NCBI GenBank assembly: GCA_016780385.1
Contig: JADHLY010000001.1
Coordinates: 37,498-101,497, forward strand
Reading direction: 5' to 3'
Length of the DNA stretch: 64,000 bases
Source: Flavobacteriales bacterium
Lineage (GTDB): Bacteria > Bacteroidota > Bacteroidia > Flavobacteriales_D > Sanyastnellaceae
Position numbers and translations under genes: made by a program. The notes beneath the pieces are model-generated. The model saw only the letters and a list, made by a program, of their open reading frames with translations. It was not told where the DNA came from and ran no database searches. Position 1 is the stretch's first letter; each line of letters opens with the position of its first letter. Shown in pieces: positions 38,653-50,031 of this stretch.

Positions 38653-39200
38653 TGGGCCGCTCCTCACGTTCCAAGAAGAACGCCCGCAAAGGCAACCGCC
38701 CCCTCTCCCCAGAGGAACGGCTGGCCCGCAACATCACCCGCGAAGGCCGGGATCAGCCCAAGGCCGCACCGCGCAGGAAAGCGGGGCACGCCAAACCGCT
38801 CGACCCAGCAGCACCGTCTTCCGGACAACGCCGCAAAGACCGCAAGCCATCCCGCATCGGACAATGGTTCTCACGCATATTCTCTCCCGTCCGCCACTCC
38901 CTTGCCGGCGACTGGCTCGGGGGACCTGAAGTGACCCGGCACCTCCCCTTCTTCGCCTTTGTCGTGGCCTTGCTCTTGGGATACACCTATCTCGAGTACC
39001 AATACGAATACGACGAACGGGCCATCAAAGAAGGACGCAAATCCTTGCGCGATCTGCGCCACCACGAGCAGAGCCTGCGCGGGCGTTTTGAATCCCAGCT
39101 CCAGCGAAGCCGCTTGGACGAAGACATGGCCGACGTGGGCTTGACTCCCCCCTCGGAGCCCCCCATTTCACTCCCTGCCAACCCCACCACCACCCCATGA
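38649..39200 (+). CDS. ftsL: FtsL-like cell-division protein with extended basic N-terminus
   Basis: Position between rsmH and ftsI. A single TM LPFFAFVVALLLGYTYL is followed by a short coiled segment. The ~90-aa R/K/P-rich N-terminal tail is unusually long. ATGA overlaps on both sides. Confidence 0.65.
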   Translation: MMGRSSRSKKNARKGNRPLSPEERLARNITREGRDQPKAAPRRKAGHAKPLDPAAPSSGQRRKDRKPSRIGQWFSRIFSPVRHSLAGDWLGGPEVTRHLPFFAFVVALLLGYTYLEYQYEYDERAIKEGRKSLRDLRHHEQSLRGRFESQLQRSRLDEDMADVGLTPPSEPPISLPANPTTTP

Positions 39201-41335
39201 AACGCACCCAACACATCGCCACAAGGGCATGGGTGCTGTTTGCACTGTTCGCTGTTTTCGGCGTGGCCATCCTGTTGCGGATCATCTTGATCCAACTCGA
39301 CCCCAGCCACGAGGACATCAGTGCCATGCTGCCTCAGGTGCGGACGATTGAGCCCGAACGCGGCCGCATCCTCTCCGCGGATGGCCACCTGCTCGCAGCT
39401 TCAGTGCCCCGCTTCGACCTCCACTGGGACCCCACGGTCATCGACACCGACGAGGAGAAGGCCTTGTTCCTGACCACCCTGCCCGAACTGGCTGACGCCC
39501 TGGCCAAGGAATTCGGAAAGCGGAGTGTCCAAGGTTGGCGCAACTTCTTGGTGGACGCCCACCGCAACGGCAACAGCCGCTATGTGCCCATCGCCCGAAA
39601 CATCGCTTGGGACCGGCGGCAGGCCGTTGAATCCTTCCCTTGGATTGGCGATCAATCACGCAACCGGTCCGGATTCATGTTTTCGGAAAAGCCCCGCAGG
39701 GACAAGCCCTTCTCTCCACTGGCCAACCGCACAATCGGACTGCACCGTCCCGAAGGCAACAGCGTCGGCATCGAGGCCGCCTTCAACGAAGCCCTCTCCG
39801 GCAAAGAAGGCCAGCGTTTGATGCGCAGGATCCACGGCAATTACTGGATTCCCGCTACTGATGACTTCATCCAGGCCCCGGAACCTGGTCGGGATGTGCG
39901 CACCACCATCGACCTGAGGACCCAAGACGTCGCCACGGACGCCCTGCGCGCCAAACTCGACGAGCACAAGGCGGAATGGGGCTGCGCCGTGGTCATGGAA
40001 GTCGCAACGGGCAATGTGGTCGCCATCTCCAACCTGGTCCGAGACGAAGACACCGGAGTGTGCTCCGAGTCTTACAACCACGCCATCGGCACGGCCATCG
40101 AACCAGGGTCAACCTTCAAGCTCGCCAGCGCCATGGCCCTCTTGGAGTCTGGCAAAATGACCGCCCAGGACACCTTGGAAACCGAAAACGGCATTTTCCA
40201 ACCCGCTCGGGGGTGCACCAAGATGAAGGACACCAGCTACCCGGACGGCGGCTACGGCCCGCTTCGGCTCGAGGAGGTGTTTGAAAGGAGTTCCAATGTG
40301 GGCACCGCAAAAGCCGTCCAGCAGGTCTTTGGTGACGACCCACAGGCGTGGCTCGACGCCCTCCGCGACATCGGCTTGGGTCAGCCATTGGGCATCGCAC
40401 TGGCCGGTGAAGGAAAGCCCAACCAACACGCGACCACGAAGGAGTCCACATGGAGCGCCTGCTCATTGACCTCCATGTCCATCGGATATGAGGTCACCAT
40501 GACCCCCTTGCAGACCGCAGCATTCTACAACACCATCGCTGCGGACGGCCGCCTCATCCGCCCCCGATTTGCGGACGCATTGCTCGATGGTGGTGAAGTG
40601 GCGGAAACCCTGCCCACCCATGTCATCGCACAACGCGTGGCAAGCCGGCCCACCATCGCTGCCCTCAAGTCCATGATGGAACGGGTCTGCGCGCCTGGCG
40701 GGCACGGCACGGCCGAAGACGTCTTCCGGGACAGGCCCTACCGTGTGGCAGGCAAAACCGGCACCGCGCGCGCATCGATACCTGGCGGAGGCTACAAAGG
40801 ACACCGCGCCTCCTTCGCGGGCTTCTTCCCCGCAGAAAAACCCGCCTACACCATTGCGGTTGTCGTCCAGCGCCCCACCGAAAAAGGGTACTACGGTGGC
40901 GTTGTGGCAGCACCCGTATTCCGCGCCATCGCCGACCACCTGCACGGCACGCACCCTGACCTCATCGAGATGGAAGAAGGCCTCCTGACGGAAACCCCGC
41001 GCCTGCCTGTCTCCATGAACGGCTCCACCGCCATCCTTACCAGCCTCTACGATGCGCTGGGCATGCCCTACGTCATCGACACCACGGGGATGGCCGATAT
41101 ACCCGAATTCGCCGCCGCCACCACGGAAGACCACATCGTCACCCTGAACGCGCGGCAGGTCACGGAAGCGCACATCCCAGATGTACGCGGCATGTCACTG
41201 CGAGACGCTGTGCGCTTGCTCGAAACCCGAGGGTTGCAAGTGAGCATCAACGGCCGAGGTACGGTGCGCCGCCAAAGCATCGCACCAGGTACGGCCCCCC
41301 GTCAAGGTCAAACCATACTACTGGAGCTGTCATGA
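39197..41335 (+). CDS. ftsI: Penicillin-binding protein 3-type transpeptidase (FtsI) with C-terminal PASTA domain
   Basis: N-terminal TM; SxxK STFK, SxN SSN, KTG KTGTA; C-terminal PDVRGMSLRDAVRLLETRGLQVSINGRGTV is a PASTA domain. Confidence 0.9.
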   Translation: MKRTQHIATRAWVLFALFAVFGVAILLRIILIQLDPSHEDISAMLPQVRTIEPERGRILSADGHLLAASVPRFDLHWDPTVIDTDEEKALFLTTLPELADALAKEFGKRSVQGWRNFLVDAHRNGNSRYVPIARNIAWDRRQAVESFPWIGDQSRNRSGFMFSEKPRRDKPFSPLANRTIGLHRPEGNSVGIEAAFNEALSGKEGQRLMRRIHGNYWIPATDDFIQAPEPGRDVRTTIDLRTQDVATDALRAKLDEHKAEWGCAVVMEVATGNVVAISNLVRDEDTGVCSESYNHAIGTAIEPGSTFKLASAMALLESGKMTAQDTLETENGIFQPARGCTKMKDTSYPDGGYGPLRLEEVFERSSNVGTAKAVQQVFGDDPQAWLDALRDIGLGQPLGIALAGEGKPNQHATTKESTWSACSLTSMSIGYEVTMTPLQTAAFYNTIAADGRLIRPRFADALLDGGEVAETLPTHVIAQRVASRPTIAALKSMMERVCAPGGHGTAEDVFRDRPYRVAGKTGTARASIPGGGYKGHRASFAGFFPAEKPAYTIAVVVQRPTEKGYYGGVVAAPVFRAIADHLHGTHPDLIEMEEGLLTETPRLPVSMNGSTAILTSLYDALGMPYVIDTTGMADIPEFAAATTEDHIVTLNARQVTEAHIPDVRGMSLRDAVRLLETRGLQVSINGRGTVRRQSIAPGTAPRQGQTILLELS

Positions 41336-42828
41336 AGTTGTTGAAAGACATCCTCTACGGTGCGCGGATCAGCCAAGTAATCGGCTCCACCCACATCGCC
41401 ATCGAATCGGTCGTCGCCGACAGCCGACAGGTCAAGCCTTTTGGCTGCTTCGTGGCGATTCCAGGCAACGCGGTGGATGGCCACGACCACATTCCCGCCG
41501 CCGTGCGCGCGGGCGCAGCAGCTGTCTTGTGCGAAGTGCTTCCAGCAGAAGAAGACCGCAAGGACCACGTCGTCTACATCCAGGTCGAATCCACCCGGTC
41601 CGCCCTGGGACACCTGGCCGCCAACTTCCACGACAACCCCGGTGAGCGCCTCAAGATCGTGGCCATCACCGGCACCAATGGCAAGACCACAGTGGCAACG
41701 CTGCTGCACCGGTTGGCCCGCATGTTTGACCGCAAAGCCGGGTTGGTCAGTACGGTGGAGAACCGCATTGTCGACCGCGTCGTCCCTGCAACGCACACCA
41801 CGCCAGACCCGGTTGGGCTTCAGCAGCTCTTTGCCGACATGCTCGATGCCGGTTGCACCCACTGCTTCATGGAGGCCAGCTCCCACGCCCTGGATCAACA
41901 CAGGCTGGCGGGCACCCCTTTGGCAGGCGGCGTCTTCACCAACATCACCCACGACCACCTGGACTACCACGGCGACTTCAATGCTTACATCGCCGCGAAG
42001 AAATCGCTCTTTGACAGCCTACCGGCATCGGCTTTTGCCCTGACCAATGCCGATGTGCGCCACCACGAAACGATGGTCGCCAACACCCGCGCAAGGGTCG
42101 TGACCTACGGCACGCGTCAAGTGGCCGACTACAAGACCCGCATCGTAGAAAACAGCCTCGGCGGACTGCAACTGCACATCGATGGGCAAGACCTCTACAC
42201 CCGCCTCATAGGGGACTTCAATGCGGCCAACCTGACAGCTGTCTACGCCGTGGCCCGCGAACTCGGTTGGGACAGCATGGAGACCCTGACCCACCTCTCT
42301 CTGCTCGACGCGCCGGCCGGCCGCATGCAACAGGTACGGGCCGGAGACCGCAGCATTCACGCCATTGTCGACTACGCGCACACACCTGACGCCCTCGGCA
42401 AGGTCCTCGAAACCCTCAAGACGGTCCGCCAAGCTGGAGCTGTTGCCGCCACCACGGGCCGCGAAGCGCGCATCCTGTGCGTGGTCGGATGCGGTGGCGA
42501 TCGCGATCGGACCAAACGCCCCATCATGGCCCAAGTGGCCGCTGAATTGGCCGACCACGTCATCCTGACCTCCGACAACCCCCGCAGCGAAGACCCCGCA
42601 GCCATCATCGCGGAGATGCGCAAGGGACTCGACCCCATTCAGGCGCGCAAGGTGACCGCCAACCAAGACCGAGAGGAGGCCATCCGCTCTGCTTGCATCC
42701 AAGCCTTGCCCGGTGACGTCATCCTCGTCGCGGGCAAAGGCCACGAGAAGTATCAGGAAATCAACGGCGAGCGGCATCCCTTCGACGACGTCGCCGTGCT
42801 CACCGCATCCCTCACCACCACACGCTGA
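41332..42828 (+). CDS. murE: UDP-MurNAc-L-Ala-D-Glu:meso-DAP ligase
   Basis: P-loop ITGTNGKTT, Mur ligase middle motifs and the DNPR motif [10 protein letters not shown] (DAP-type). Confidence 0.92.
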   Translation: MKLLKDILYGARISQVIGSTHIAIESVVADSRQVKPFGCFVAIPGNAVDGHDHIPAAVRAGAAAVLCEVLPAEEDRKDHVVYIQVESTRSALGHLAANFHDNPGERLKIVAITGTNGKTTVATLLHRLARMFDRKAGLVSTVENRIVDRVVPATHTTPDPVGLQQLFADMLDAGCTHCFMEASSHALDQHRLAGTPLAGGVFTNITHDHLDYHGDFNAYIAAKKSLFDSLPASAFALTNADVRHHETMVANTRARVVTYGTRQVADYKTRIVENSLGGLQLHIDGQDLYTRLIGDFNAANLTAVYAVARELGWDSMETLTHLSLLDAPAGRMQQVRAGDRSIHAIVDYAHTPDALGKVLETLKTVRQAGAVAATTGREARILCVVGCGGDRDRTKRPIMAQVAAELADHVILTSDNPRSEDPAAIIAEMRKGLDPIQARKVTANQDREEAIRSACIQALPGDVILVAGKGHEKYQEINGERHPFDDVAVLTASLTTTR

Positions 42829-42838
42829 TCACGAGACG

Positions 42839-44077
42839 ATGCTGTACCACCTCTTCGACTTCCTCCAACAGACTTCCGACATCCCCGGTGCCGGTCTGTT
42901 CCAGTATATCTCCTTCCGGGCGGCCGCGGCGGCCCTGTTGTCCTTGCTCGTCTCCATCGGGATCGGCAAGCGCATCATAGAGTGGCTGCAGCTCAAGCAG
43001 GTCGGTGAAATCGTGCGTGACCTCGGCCTCGAAGGCCAGATGCAAAAGCAGGGCACCCCCACCATGGGCGGCATCATCATCCTGAGCGCCATCCTCATCC
43101 CGACCCTGCTCCTGGCCGACCTCACCAACGTCTACATCCAGTGCATGCTGCTGGTGACCGTGCTGCTCGGGGGCATCGGGTTCGTGGACGACTACATCAA
43201 GGTGTTCAAGAAGAACAAAGAGGGCCTCGCCGGCAAATTCAAGGTGATCGGTCAGATCGGCGCCAGCCTCATTGTGGCCACCATGCTGTTCTGGAACCCC
43301 CAAGTCAGGGTCAAGGAGCTCGTGCCCGCCACCAGCACCAAGGCGGTGGCCCAACAGGTCGAGGACACCGATGGTGACGGGTGGGTCAGGGTGGAACACC
43401 GCTCTCAAAAGACCACCATTCCGTTTGTCAAGGACAACGAGTTCGACTACGCCAAGCTCACCGAGTGGGCCACCGATAGCCCTTGGGCACAATTCGCCGT
43501 GTTTGCCCTCATCGTGACCTTCATTGTGACCGCCGTATCCAATGGCGCCAACCTGACCGATGGCATGGACGGCCTGGCCACAGGAACCAGCGCCATCATC
43601 GGGATGACGCTGGCCATCCTCGCTTATGTCTCGGGCAACGCGGTGTTCTCGGACTACCTCAATGTCCTGTTCATTCCGGACTCCGGAGAACTCGTGGTCT
43701 TCATTTCCGCCTTTGTGGGAGCCTGCATCGGCTTCCTCTGGTACAACGCCTTTCCGGCCCAGGTCTTCATGGGCGATACGGGGAGCCTCGCCCTCGGCGG
43801 CATCATCGCCACGTTTGCCATTGCCATCCGCAAAGAACTTCTGATCCCTGTCCTCTGTGGCATCTTCTTGATTGAGAACCTGAGCGTGGTGCTCCAGGTG
43901 GCTTGGTTCCGCCACACCAAGAAGAAGTACGGAGAAGGGCGCCGCATCTTCCGGATGTCGCCCCTGCACCACCACTATCAGAAGGCCGGCATGCCGGAAA
44001 GCAAAATCACGGCGCGCTTCTGGATTGTCGGGATCCTCCTGGCCGTCATCACCATCGTCACCCTCAAGGTCCGTTGA
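42839..44077 (+). CDS. mraY: Phospho-N-acetylmuramoyl-pentapeptide transferase
   Basis: The ATG at 42839 gives [51 protein letters not shown]. Confidence 0.93.
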   Translation: MLYHLFDFLQQTSDIPGAGLFQYISFRAAAAALLSLLVSIGIGKRIIEWLQLKQVGEIVRDLGLEGQMQKQGTPTMGGIIILSAILIPTLLLADLTNVYIQCMLLVTVLLGGIGFVDDYIKVFKKNKEGLAGKFKVIGQIGASLIVATMLFWNPQVRVKELVPATSTKAVAQQVEDTDGDGWVRVEHRSQKTTIPFVKDNEFDYAKLTEWATDSPWAQFAVFALIVTFIVTAVSNGANLTDGMDGLATGTSAIIGMTLAILAYVSGNAVFSDYLNVLFIPDSGELVVFISAFVGACIGFLWYNAFPAQVFMGDTGSLALGGIIATFAIAIRKELLIPVLCGIFLIENLSVVLQVAWFRHTKKKYGEGRRIFRMSPLHHHYQKAGMPESKITARFWIVGILLAVITIVTLKVR

Positions 44078-45441
44078 TGCGCGACATGGTGACCATACTC
44101 GGTGGCGGTGAAAGCGGCGAAGGGGCAGCACAGTTGTGCCAGGCCCTCGACATGCCGTGCCGCGTCAGCGATGCGGGCAACCTGTCCGACGACCGGAAAA
44201 CCAGGCTCCAAGCCATGGGCGTGGACATCGAAGAGGGCGGACACGACCGCAACCTCATCGAATCTGCGGCGCTCGTGGTGAAGTCCCCCGGCATCCCCTC
44301 TGCAGCTGCCCCCCTCAAGTGGGCGCGGGAAGCCGGCGTCGAGGTCATCGGCGAACTCGAATTTGCAAGCCGCCACACCGACGCGCGCATCGCCGCCGTG
44401 ACCGGAACCAACGGCAAGACCACCACAACGGCCTTGCTCCACCACCTCCTGACGACAGGCGGAGTGGATGCAGGGTGCGCAGGCAACATCGGCACCAGCT
44501 TCGCCGGAGCGGTCGCTGCGGCCCGACAGCGGCCAGAAGGCGACCATGCGGTATGGGTCGTGGAAGCCTCCAGTTTCCAATTGGAGGACACCACGGACTT
44601 CAGCCCACACGTGGCCATCCTCCTCAACATCACGCCCGACCACCTCGACCGCCATGGCAGCGTCGAGGCCTATGGCGACGCCAAATGGAACATCACCTCC
44701 CGCCAAACGGCGGAAGATCACCTCATCGTCTGTGCAGACGACCCCGGGCTTTCCGCCCTGCGGGCCCGACAGCAGACGCAAGCCCAAGTGCACACCGTGC
44801 AGTTGGCACCGCCGACCTCGGACAACCCCGCAGGCTTGGCAGCACACAGCATTGACAAACAACGATTCACCTTCCTCAACCCCCCTTTCATCATGAGCAT
44901 GCAGGAACTCGCCCTTCAAGGCAAACACAACCTTTACAATTCCATGGCCGCCGGCGTTGCCGCGCGCATCCTCGACATCAACAACGCGGATCTCCGCGCG
45001 GGCTTCACGCACTTCCGCAACATGGAACACCGCTTGGAGCACGTTAGTCACGTCAACAACATCAAGTTCATCAACGACAGCAAGGCCACCAATGTCAATG
45101 CCGCATGGTATGCCCTCGACAGCATGACGGCACCGACAGTCTGGATCGCCGGAGGCGTGGACAAGGGCAACGATTACACCTCCCTCATCCCCCTCGTGGG
45201 CGAAAAGGTGCACACCCTCATCTGCCTCGGCAAAGACAACACCAAGCTCAAGAGCGCCTTTGCTACAGCTGTCACGCGCATTCTCGAGGTAGAGAGCGCT
45301 GAAGAAGCCGCCATCCTCGGATACAACGTTGCCCAACCCGGCGACACGGTTTTGCTGTCACCCGCTTGCGCCAGCTTCGACCTGTTCTCCAGCTACGAAG
45401 AGCGCGGTCACCGTTTCAAAGCCGGCGTCCGTTCCCTCTGA
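44077..45441 (+). CDS. murD: UDP-MurNAc-L-Ala:D-Glu ligase
   Basis: The ATG at 44077 overlaps the mraY stop. ILGGGESG Rossmann start, [11 protein letters not shown]-loop, FINDSKATN. Confidence 0.92.
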   Translation: MRDMVTILGGGESGEGAAQLCQALDMPCRVSDAGNLSDDRKTRLQAMGVDIEEGGHDRNLIESAALVVKSPGIPSAAAPLKWAREAGVEVIGELEFASRHTDARIAAVTGTNGKTTTTALLHHLLTTGGVDAGCAGNIGTSFAGAVAAARQRPEGDHAVWVVEASSFQLEDTTDFSPHVAILLNITPDHLDRHGSVEAYGDAKWNITSRQTAEDHLIVCADDPGLSALRARQQTQAQVHTVQLAPPTSDNPAGLAAHSIDKQRFTFLNPPFIMSMQELALQGKHNLYNSMAAGVAARILDINNADLRAGFTHFRNMEHRLEHVSHVNNIKFINDSKATNVNAAWYALDSMTAPTVWIAGGVDKGNDYTSLIPLVGEKVHTLICLGKDNTKLKSAFATAVTRILEVESAEEAAILGYNVAQPGDTVLLSPACASFDLFSSYEERGHRFKAGVRSL

Positions 45442-45445
45442 GCCC

Positions 45446-46651
45446 ATGCCCAACCGGTTCGCTGACTTCCTGAACACCCACCTGCGCGGAGACCGCTCCA
45501 CCTGGGTTGTGGCCATCCTGCTGGTCCTGACCTCCTTGGTGAGCGTCTACTCCGCCAGCGCCACCTTGGCGTGGAAACAAGGGGGCAATTCCGTGGGGAT
45601 CCTGTTTCGACACGGCACCTTCCTCGCGGTGGGCCTGGGCGTCATGTGGACGGTGCACCGGTTGCGGTTTGCCTGGTTTTCCAGGCTGAGCCAATTGGGC
45701 ATTCACATCGCCTTGGTGCTCTTGTTGCTCACCTTGTTGATGGGCTCAGAAATCAACGATGCCCGCCGATGGATGGACATTGGTGGCTTCCGATTCCAGC
45801 CTTCAGACGTCGCCAAAGTCGCACTGGTCGCCTTCGTCGCCCGCATGCTCGACAAAAACAGGCTCGTGCTTCACGACTTCAACAAAGGTGTGCGCCCCAT
45901 CGTTGGCTATATCGCCGCCACCTGCGCGCTGATCCTGCCCGCCGACTTCTCGACCGCGGCCATGCTCGCCCTGGTGTGCTTCCTCATGATGATCATCGCC
46001 GGGGTGACATGGAAGCCGCTGGCGATCACCACCGGCCTCGGGGTTGGGGCCGTGCTCGCTGCCGCCGGCCTCGCTTCCATCGCACCGGAACTGTTCCCTC
46101 GGATGGGGACGTGGATGGCCCGCGCCACAGGCTTTTTCGGGGGCAGTGGCGGCTCGGATTCCAGCCAAATCGACTATGCCCTTCAGGCCATCCACCAAGG
46201 CGGGTTGCTCCCGCACGGTCCGGGGTCCGGCCTGAGCCGCAACGCCATGCCCGTGGCTTACGCCGACATGATCTACGCCTTCATCATTGAGGAATGGGGC
46301 GCGTTGCTCGGTGGCCTGGGCCTCATCCTCTTGTACCTCATTCTGTTTTCCCGTGCCATCCGCATCGGGACACGCTGTCCCCGCAACTTCGGTGGACTCT
46401 TGTCCATCGGATTGGGCCTCATGCTCAGCTTACAGGCATTGGTCAACATGGGGGTTGCCGTCCGCCTATTGCCCATGACCGGACAACCCTTGCCCCTGGT
46501 CTCCATGGGCGGCACCTCCATCATTTTTACCTGTGCGGCCATCGGCATGATCCTCTCGGTCAGCCGAAGCTTGACGGATCCGGATGCCGCGGCACCCGTT
46601 GAACCTGCAGGCAGCCGCCATACGCGCCCCCTCGAACCCACCCCCTCCTGA
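45446..46651 (+). CDS. ftsW: SEDS-family peptidoglycan polymerase FtsW
   Basis: The ATG at 45446. 10-TM SEDS pattern, FQPSDVAKVALV, GQPLPLVSMGGTS. Confidence 0.88.
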   Translation: MPNRFADFLNTHLRGDRSTWVVAILLVLTSLVSVYSASATLAWKQGGNSVGILFRHGTFLAVGLGVMWTVHRLRFAWFSRLSQLGIHIALVLLLLTLLMGSEINDARRWMDIGGFRFQPSDVAKVALVAFVARMLDKNRLVLHDFNKGVRPIVGYIAATCALILPADFSTAAMLALVCFLMMIIAGVTWKPLAITTGLGVGAVLAAAGLASIAPELFPRMGTWMARATGFFGGSGGSDSSQIDYALQAIHQGGLLPHGPGSGLSRNAMPVAYADMIYAFIIEEWGALLGGLGLILLYLILFSRAIRIGTRCPRNFGGLLSIGLGLMLSLQALVNMGVAVRLLPMTGQPLPLVSMGGTSIIFTCAAIGMILSVSRSLTDPDAAAPVEPAGSRHTRPLEPTPS

Positions 46652-46655
46652 GGCC

Positions 46656-47795
46656 ATGGCGGAAGCTCCTTTGCGCATCCTGATCTCCGGGGGAGGCACC
46701 GGCGGCCACATCCATCCTGCGATGGCCATTGCCGAGGCCATCCAAGCCCAACACCCCGACGCTGTCATCGAGTTCGTCGGCGCCCTGGGCCGCATGGAAA
46801 TGGAGCGCATTCCCGCAGCAGGCTACACCATCACCGGCCTGCCCATCACGGGAATAGACCGCAAACTGAGCCGACGCAACCTGGCCTTTCCCTTCCGCCT
46901 TGTGCGGTCATTGCTCCTGGCCCGGCGGATCATCCGCCGGTTCAAACCCGATGTCGCTGTTGGGGTCGGGGGATTCGCCAGCGGCCCCCTCCTGTGGGCT
47001 GCGGCCAAAGCAGGCATCCCCACCCTCATCCAAGAACAAAACGGTTTTCCGGGGATCACCAACCGGCTTCTGGCGAGCAAAGTGAACCGGGTTTGCGCGG
47101 GATTTCCAGGACTAGAACGGTGGTTTCCCGCGGATAAAATCCTCGAAACGGGCAACCCGCTTCGACACAACATCGTCGCGAGACTCGGTGGTGATGCCGC
47201 CGAAAGCGGCAGCGACAACAGCACAGCATTGGCTCACTTCGGTTTGCGCGATGACCTGCCTGTCCTGCTGGTATTGGGCGGCAGCCTGGGGGCCGCTTCC
47301 ATGAACGCCGCCGTGCAAAATTTGGCCAGCGAAGCGTCCCTTGAAGCCCGAGGCTATCAGGTCTTATGGCAATGCGGGGGGCGTTACGCAGAGGAGCACT
47401 TGGCCTGGGTGGCCCAGCACGGCGATCCCCTCTTGCAGGTGCGGGGCTTCATCGACCGAATGGACCTGGCCTATGACGCCGCTTCGGTCATTGCGAGCCG
47501 AGCAGGGGCCATGTCCATCGCCGAACTCACGTTGGTGGGCAAGCCCACGATACTGGTGCCATCACCACACGTCGCGGAAGACCATCAAACCAAAAATGCC
47601 CGCTCTGTTGTGGACCGAGGCGGTGCTGTCATGCTCACCGACCAAAGCGTCGTGGACGACCTCGGCGAGTCCGTGCACACCTTGCTCCACGACCCCGCAC
47701 GTTGCGCCAAGATGTCGGAGGCCCTGCGGGCCGCAGCCCGGCCAGAAGCCGCTGATGCGGTCGCCCGTGAAGTCCTTCAATTGACCCGCTCGTGA
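46656..47795 (+). CDS. murG: Lipid II glycosyltransferase MurG
   Basis: ILISGGGTGGHIHPAMAIAEA at the ATG at 46656; C-terminal SRAGAMSIAEL...HQTKNA. Confidence 0.92.
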   Translation: MAEAPLRILISGGGTGGHIHPAMAIAEAIQAQHPDAVIEFVGALGRMEMERIPAAGYTITGLPITGIDRKLSRRNLAFPFRLVRSLLLARRIIRRFKPDVAVGVGGFASGPLLWAAAKAGIPTLIQEQNGFPGITNRLLASKVNRVCAGFPGLERWFPADKILETGNPLRHNIVARLGGDAAESGSDNSTALAHFGLRDDLPVLLVLGGSLGAASMNAAVQNLASEASLEARGYQVLWQCGGRYAEEHLAWVAQHGDPLLQVRGFIDRMDLAYDAASVIASRAGAMSIAELTLVGKPTILVPSPHVAEDHQTKNARSVVDRGGAVMLTDQSVVDDLGESVHTLLHDPARCAKMSEALRAAARPEAADAVAREVLQLTRS

Positions 47796-49255
47796 CGCGT
47801 CAACTTTACTTTTTGGGCATTGGCGGCATCGGCATGAGTGCCCTGGCCCGCTGGTTTCACGCCCAAGGCGCCACCGTTGCTGGCTATGACCGAACCTCTA
47901 CTGCACTGACGCAGGCCTTGGAATCAGAAGGGATCGAGGTGTCATACAAAGGTGATGTCGCTGCTTTACCCGCTGCGCTGCAAGCCGACATCAGCTCCGG
48001 ACAAAACGACCGTTGGACCATCGTCTGGACCCCGGCCATCCCGAGGGACTTCGCCTTGATCACCGCCTTGACTGAGGCGGGATTCAACCTGCACAAACGG
48101 GCAGAAATCCTCGGAGAGCTCTCCCGGGAACGCCCCCTCCTTGCCGTGGCCGGCACCCACGGAAAAACCACCACCAGCACGTTGCTCGCCCACCTCCTCG
48201 CCCATGCTTCACTTCCAGTAGAAGCGTTTTTGGGCGGCATCGCCCTGGGACAAGGCTCCAACCTGCTCCTCGCAGGGAAAGGCCATCCACGGCCTTGGAT
48301 GGTCGCAGAAGCCGATGAATTTGACCGCAGCTTCTTGACGCTGCATCCCCAATACGCCGCCATCACCTCCATCGATGCCGACCACCTCGACATCTATGGG
48401 ACCCACGCCAGCATGTTGGCCGCGTTCGCCGCATTTGCCGGGCAAGTAAAACCGGGCGGGTTGCTCCTACACGCCGACACCGCATCCGCCATTAGCGAAG
48501 CCGCCGTGGAGACATTGTCCCACAGCACATACGGCGCATTGCCTGCTGGCGCGTCTATGGAAGCGCTGGGTTTGGCAGCGGCATACAGCACAGTGGACCG
48601 GAATCCGACGCCCTCTTCTACAACCGGTCTTGCCCAATTCACCTTGCACCTCCAAGGACATCCCCCCATGCTGGTGCAGTGGAACATGCCTGGCGCACAC
48701 AATGCCGCCAACGCCACAGCCGCCGCGCATCTCGCCGTCTGCGCGGGCATGTCACCGGCCGCCATACCCGCAGCATTGGCCGCCTTTCCCGGTGTCGCCC
48801 GGCGGTTCGAAATCAAGCACCACCAAGGCCAAAAAGCCATCATCGACGACTACGCGCACCATCCGCGCGAAATCGAAGGCGCCATCGCTGCAGCACGGCT
48901 GGCATTTCCCAATCAACCCATCACCGGCGTCTTCCAGCCCCACCTGTTCAGCAGGACGCAAGACTTCATGGAAAGCTTCGCCCGCGCCCTGTCTGCATTG
49001 GACGCCTGCATCCTGCTTCCCATCTACCCCGCACGTGAATTGCCCATCCCCGGAGTGGATGCACAGGGCATTGGTGAAAAGATGGTCGGGTGTCCAGTAG
49101 AATGCCCCCCAGAAAGCCGGTTTTTAGATGTTCTGGAGAAAATGGACCCAACCGTGCTCTTGTTCATGGGCGCTGGTGACCTCAATCAGTGGATTGAACC
49201 CGCTTGGGACCGCATGAATCCAGCAAAAACGACACCCACAATCAACACGCCGTGA
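47792..49255 (+). CDS. murC: UDP-N-acetylmuramate:L-alanine ligase
   Basis: FLGIGGIGMSALA, VAGTHGKTTT, DDYAHHPREI. GTGA overlap with murG. Confidence 0.92.
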   Translation: MTRQLYFLGIGGIGMSALARWFHAQGATVAGYDRTSTALTQALESEGIEVSYKGDVAALPAALQADISSGQNDRWTIVWTPAIPRDFALITALTEAGFNLHKRAEILGELSRERPLLAVAGTHGKTTTSTLLAHLLAHASLPVEAFLGGIALGQGSNLLLAGKGHPRPWMVAEADEFDRSFLTLHPQYAAITSIDADHLDIYGTHASMLAAFAAFAGQVKPGGLLLHADTASAISEAAVETLSHSTYGALPAGASMEALGLAAAYSTVDRNPTPSSTTGLAQFTLHLQGHPPMLVQWNMPGAHNAANATAAAHLAVCAGMSPAAIPAALAAFPGVARRFEIKHHQGQKAIIDDYAHHPREIEGAIAAARLAFPNQPITGVFQPHLFSRTQDFMESFARALSALDACILLPIYPARELPIPGVDAQGIGEKMVGCPVECPPESRFLDVLEKMDPTVLLFMGAGDLNQWIEPAWDRMNPAKTTPTINTP

Positions 49256-50031
49256 GCAAGCACACCACAACCCAACGCCCCGATGAGGACGCCACGCAGC
49301 GCCCCAGAAGCCGGTGGAAAGTGTGGTGGACCCTGCTGCTCATCGTTGCAACCGGGTTTGTTTTCACAGCCGCAGATCGTGCCGCGGAAACGGTACCCTG
49401 CCGCGCTCTCGACATCGAGGTGGACCAAATGGAGGGGATGTACTTCGTGGATGCCCCTACCCTGCACACCCTGATCACGAGCCAGTACAACCTGCTCGAC
49501 CAGGCTATGCCCACCCTGCCTTTGGCCGAATTGCACCGCACCATCACCCAACAAAATGGCGTGGCTTCGTGCGAAATCGAGCCTACCCTCGGCGGCGCGC
49601 TCAATATCAAGGTGACCCAGCAGCGGCCCATTGCGCGGGTTTGGCTTCCGGATTCCGTGTTGTACCTCGACGAAACGGGGCGCACGCTGGCATTATCGCC
49701 GCGATACACTGCGGATGTCCCTGTCTTGCACGCCCCTGACCTTTCCGCTGCTCGTGCCGCCATGCCCCTCCTGAAAAAGATGGACCGAGAAGCCTTCTGG
49801 GACCACTTGATCGATCAAATAGAAGTCGACTTGAACGGCGATTTGACCGTGCGGCCCCGAATTGGCGATATGGTAGTGGAACTCGGTCCGGCTGCATCAC
49901 TCAACGCACAACTCGACACCCGATTGGACCGGTTGCGCAACTTCTATTCTGCCCTGATCACAAGGGGCGACCTCCGCCAGTACCGCAGGGTCAGCCTGCA
50001 ATATGACGGTCAACTGGTGGCCTCCAAATGA
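49252..50031 (+). CDS. ftsQ: FtsQ-like (POTRA) cell-division protein
   Basis: Position between murC and ftsA. TM WWTLLLIVATGFVF followed by a POTRA-like region. I prefer the GTG at 49252 (GTGA overlap with the murC stop) over the track start at 49204. Confidence 0.7.
   Translation: MSKHTTTQRPDEDATQRPRSRWKVWWTLLLIVATGFVFTAADRAAETVPCRALDIEVDQMEGMYFVDAPTLHTLITSQYNLLDQAMPTLPLAELHRTITQQNGVASCEIEPTLGGALNIKVTQQRPIARVWLPDSVLYLDETGRTLALSPRYTADVPVLHAPDLSAARAAMPLLKKMDREAFWDHLIDQIEVDLNGDLTVRPRIGDMVVELGPAASLNAQLDTRLDRLRNFYSALITRGDLRQYRRVSLQYDGQLVASK

Noticed and set aside
42812-45336. Two long minus-strand ORFs (42812..44131, 439 aa; 43978..45336, 452 aa)
   Set aside because: They are antisense to mraY and murD, both of which carry textbook motifs on the plus strand. 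There is no independent signal, and the composition is a mirror of GC3-rich codons.
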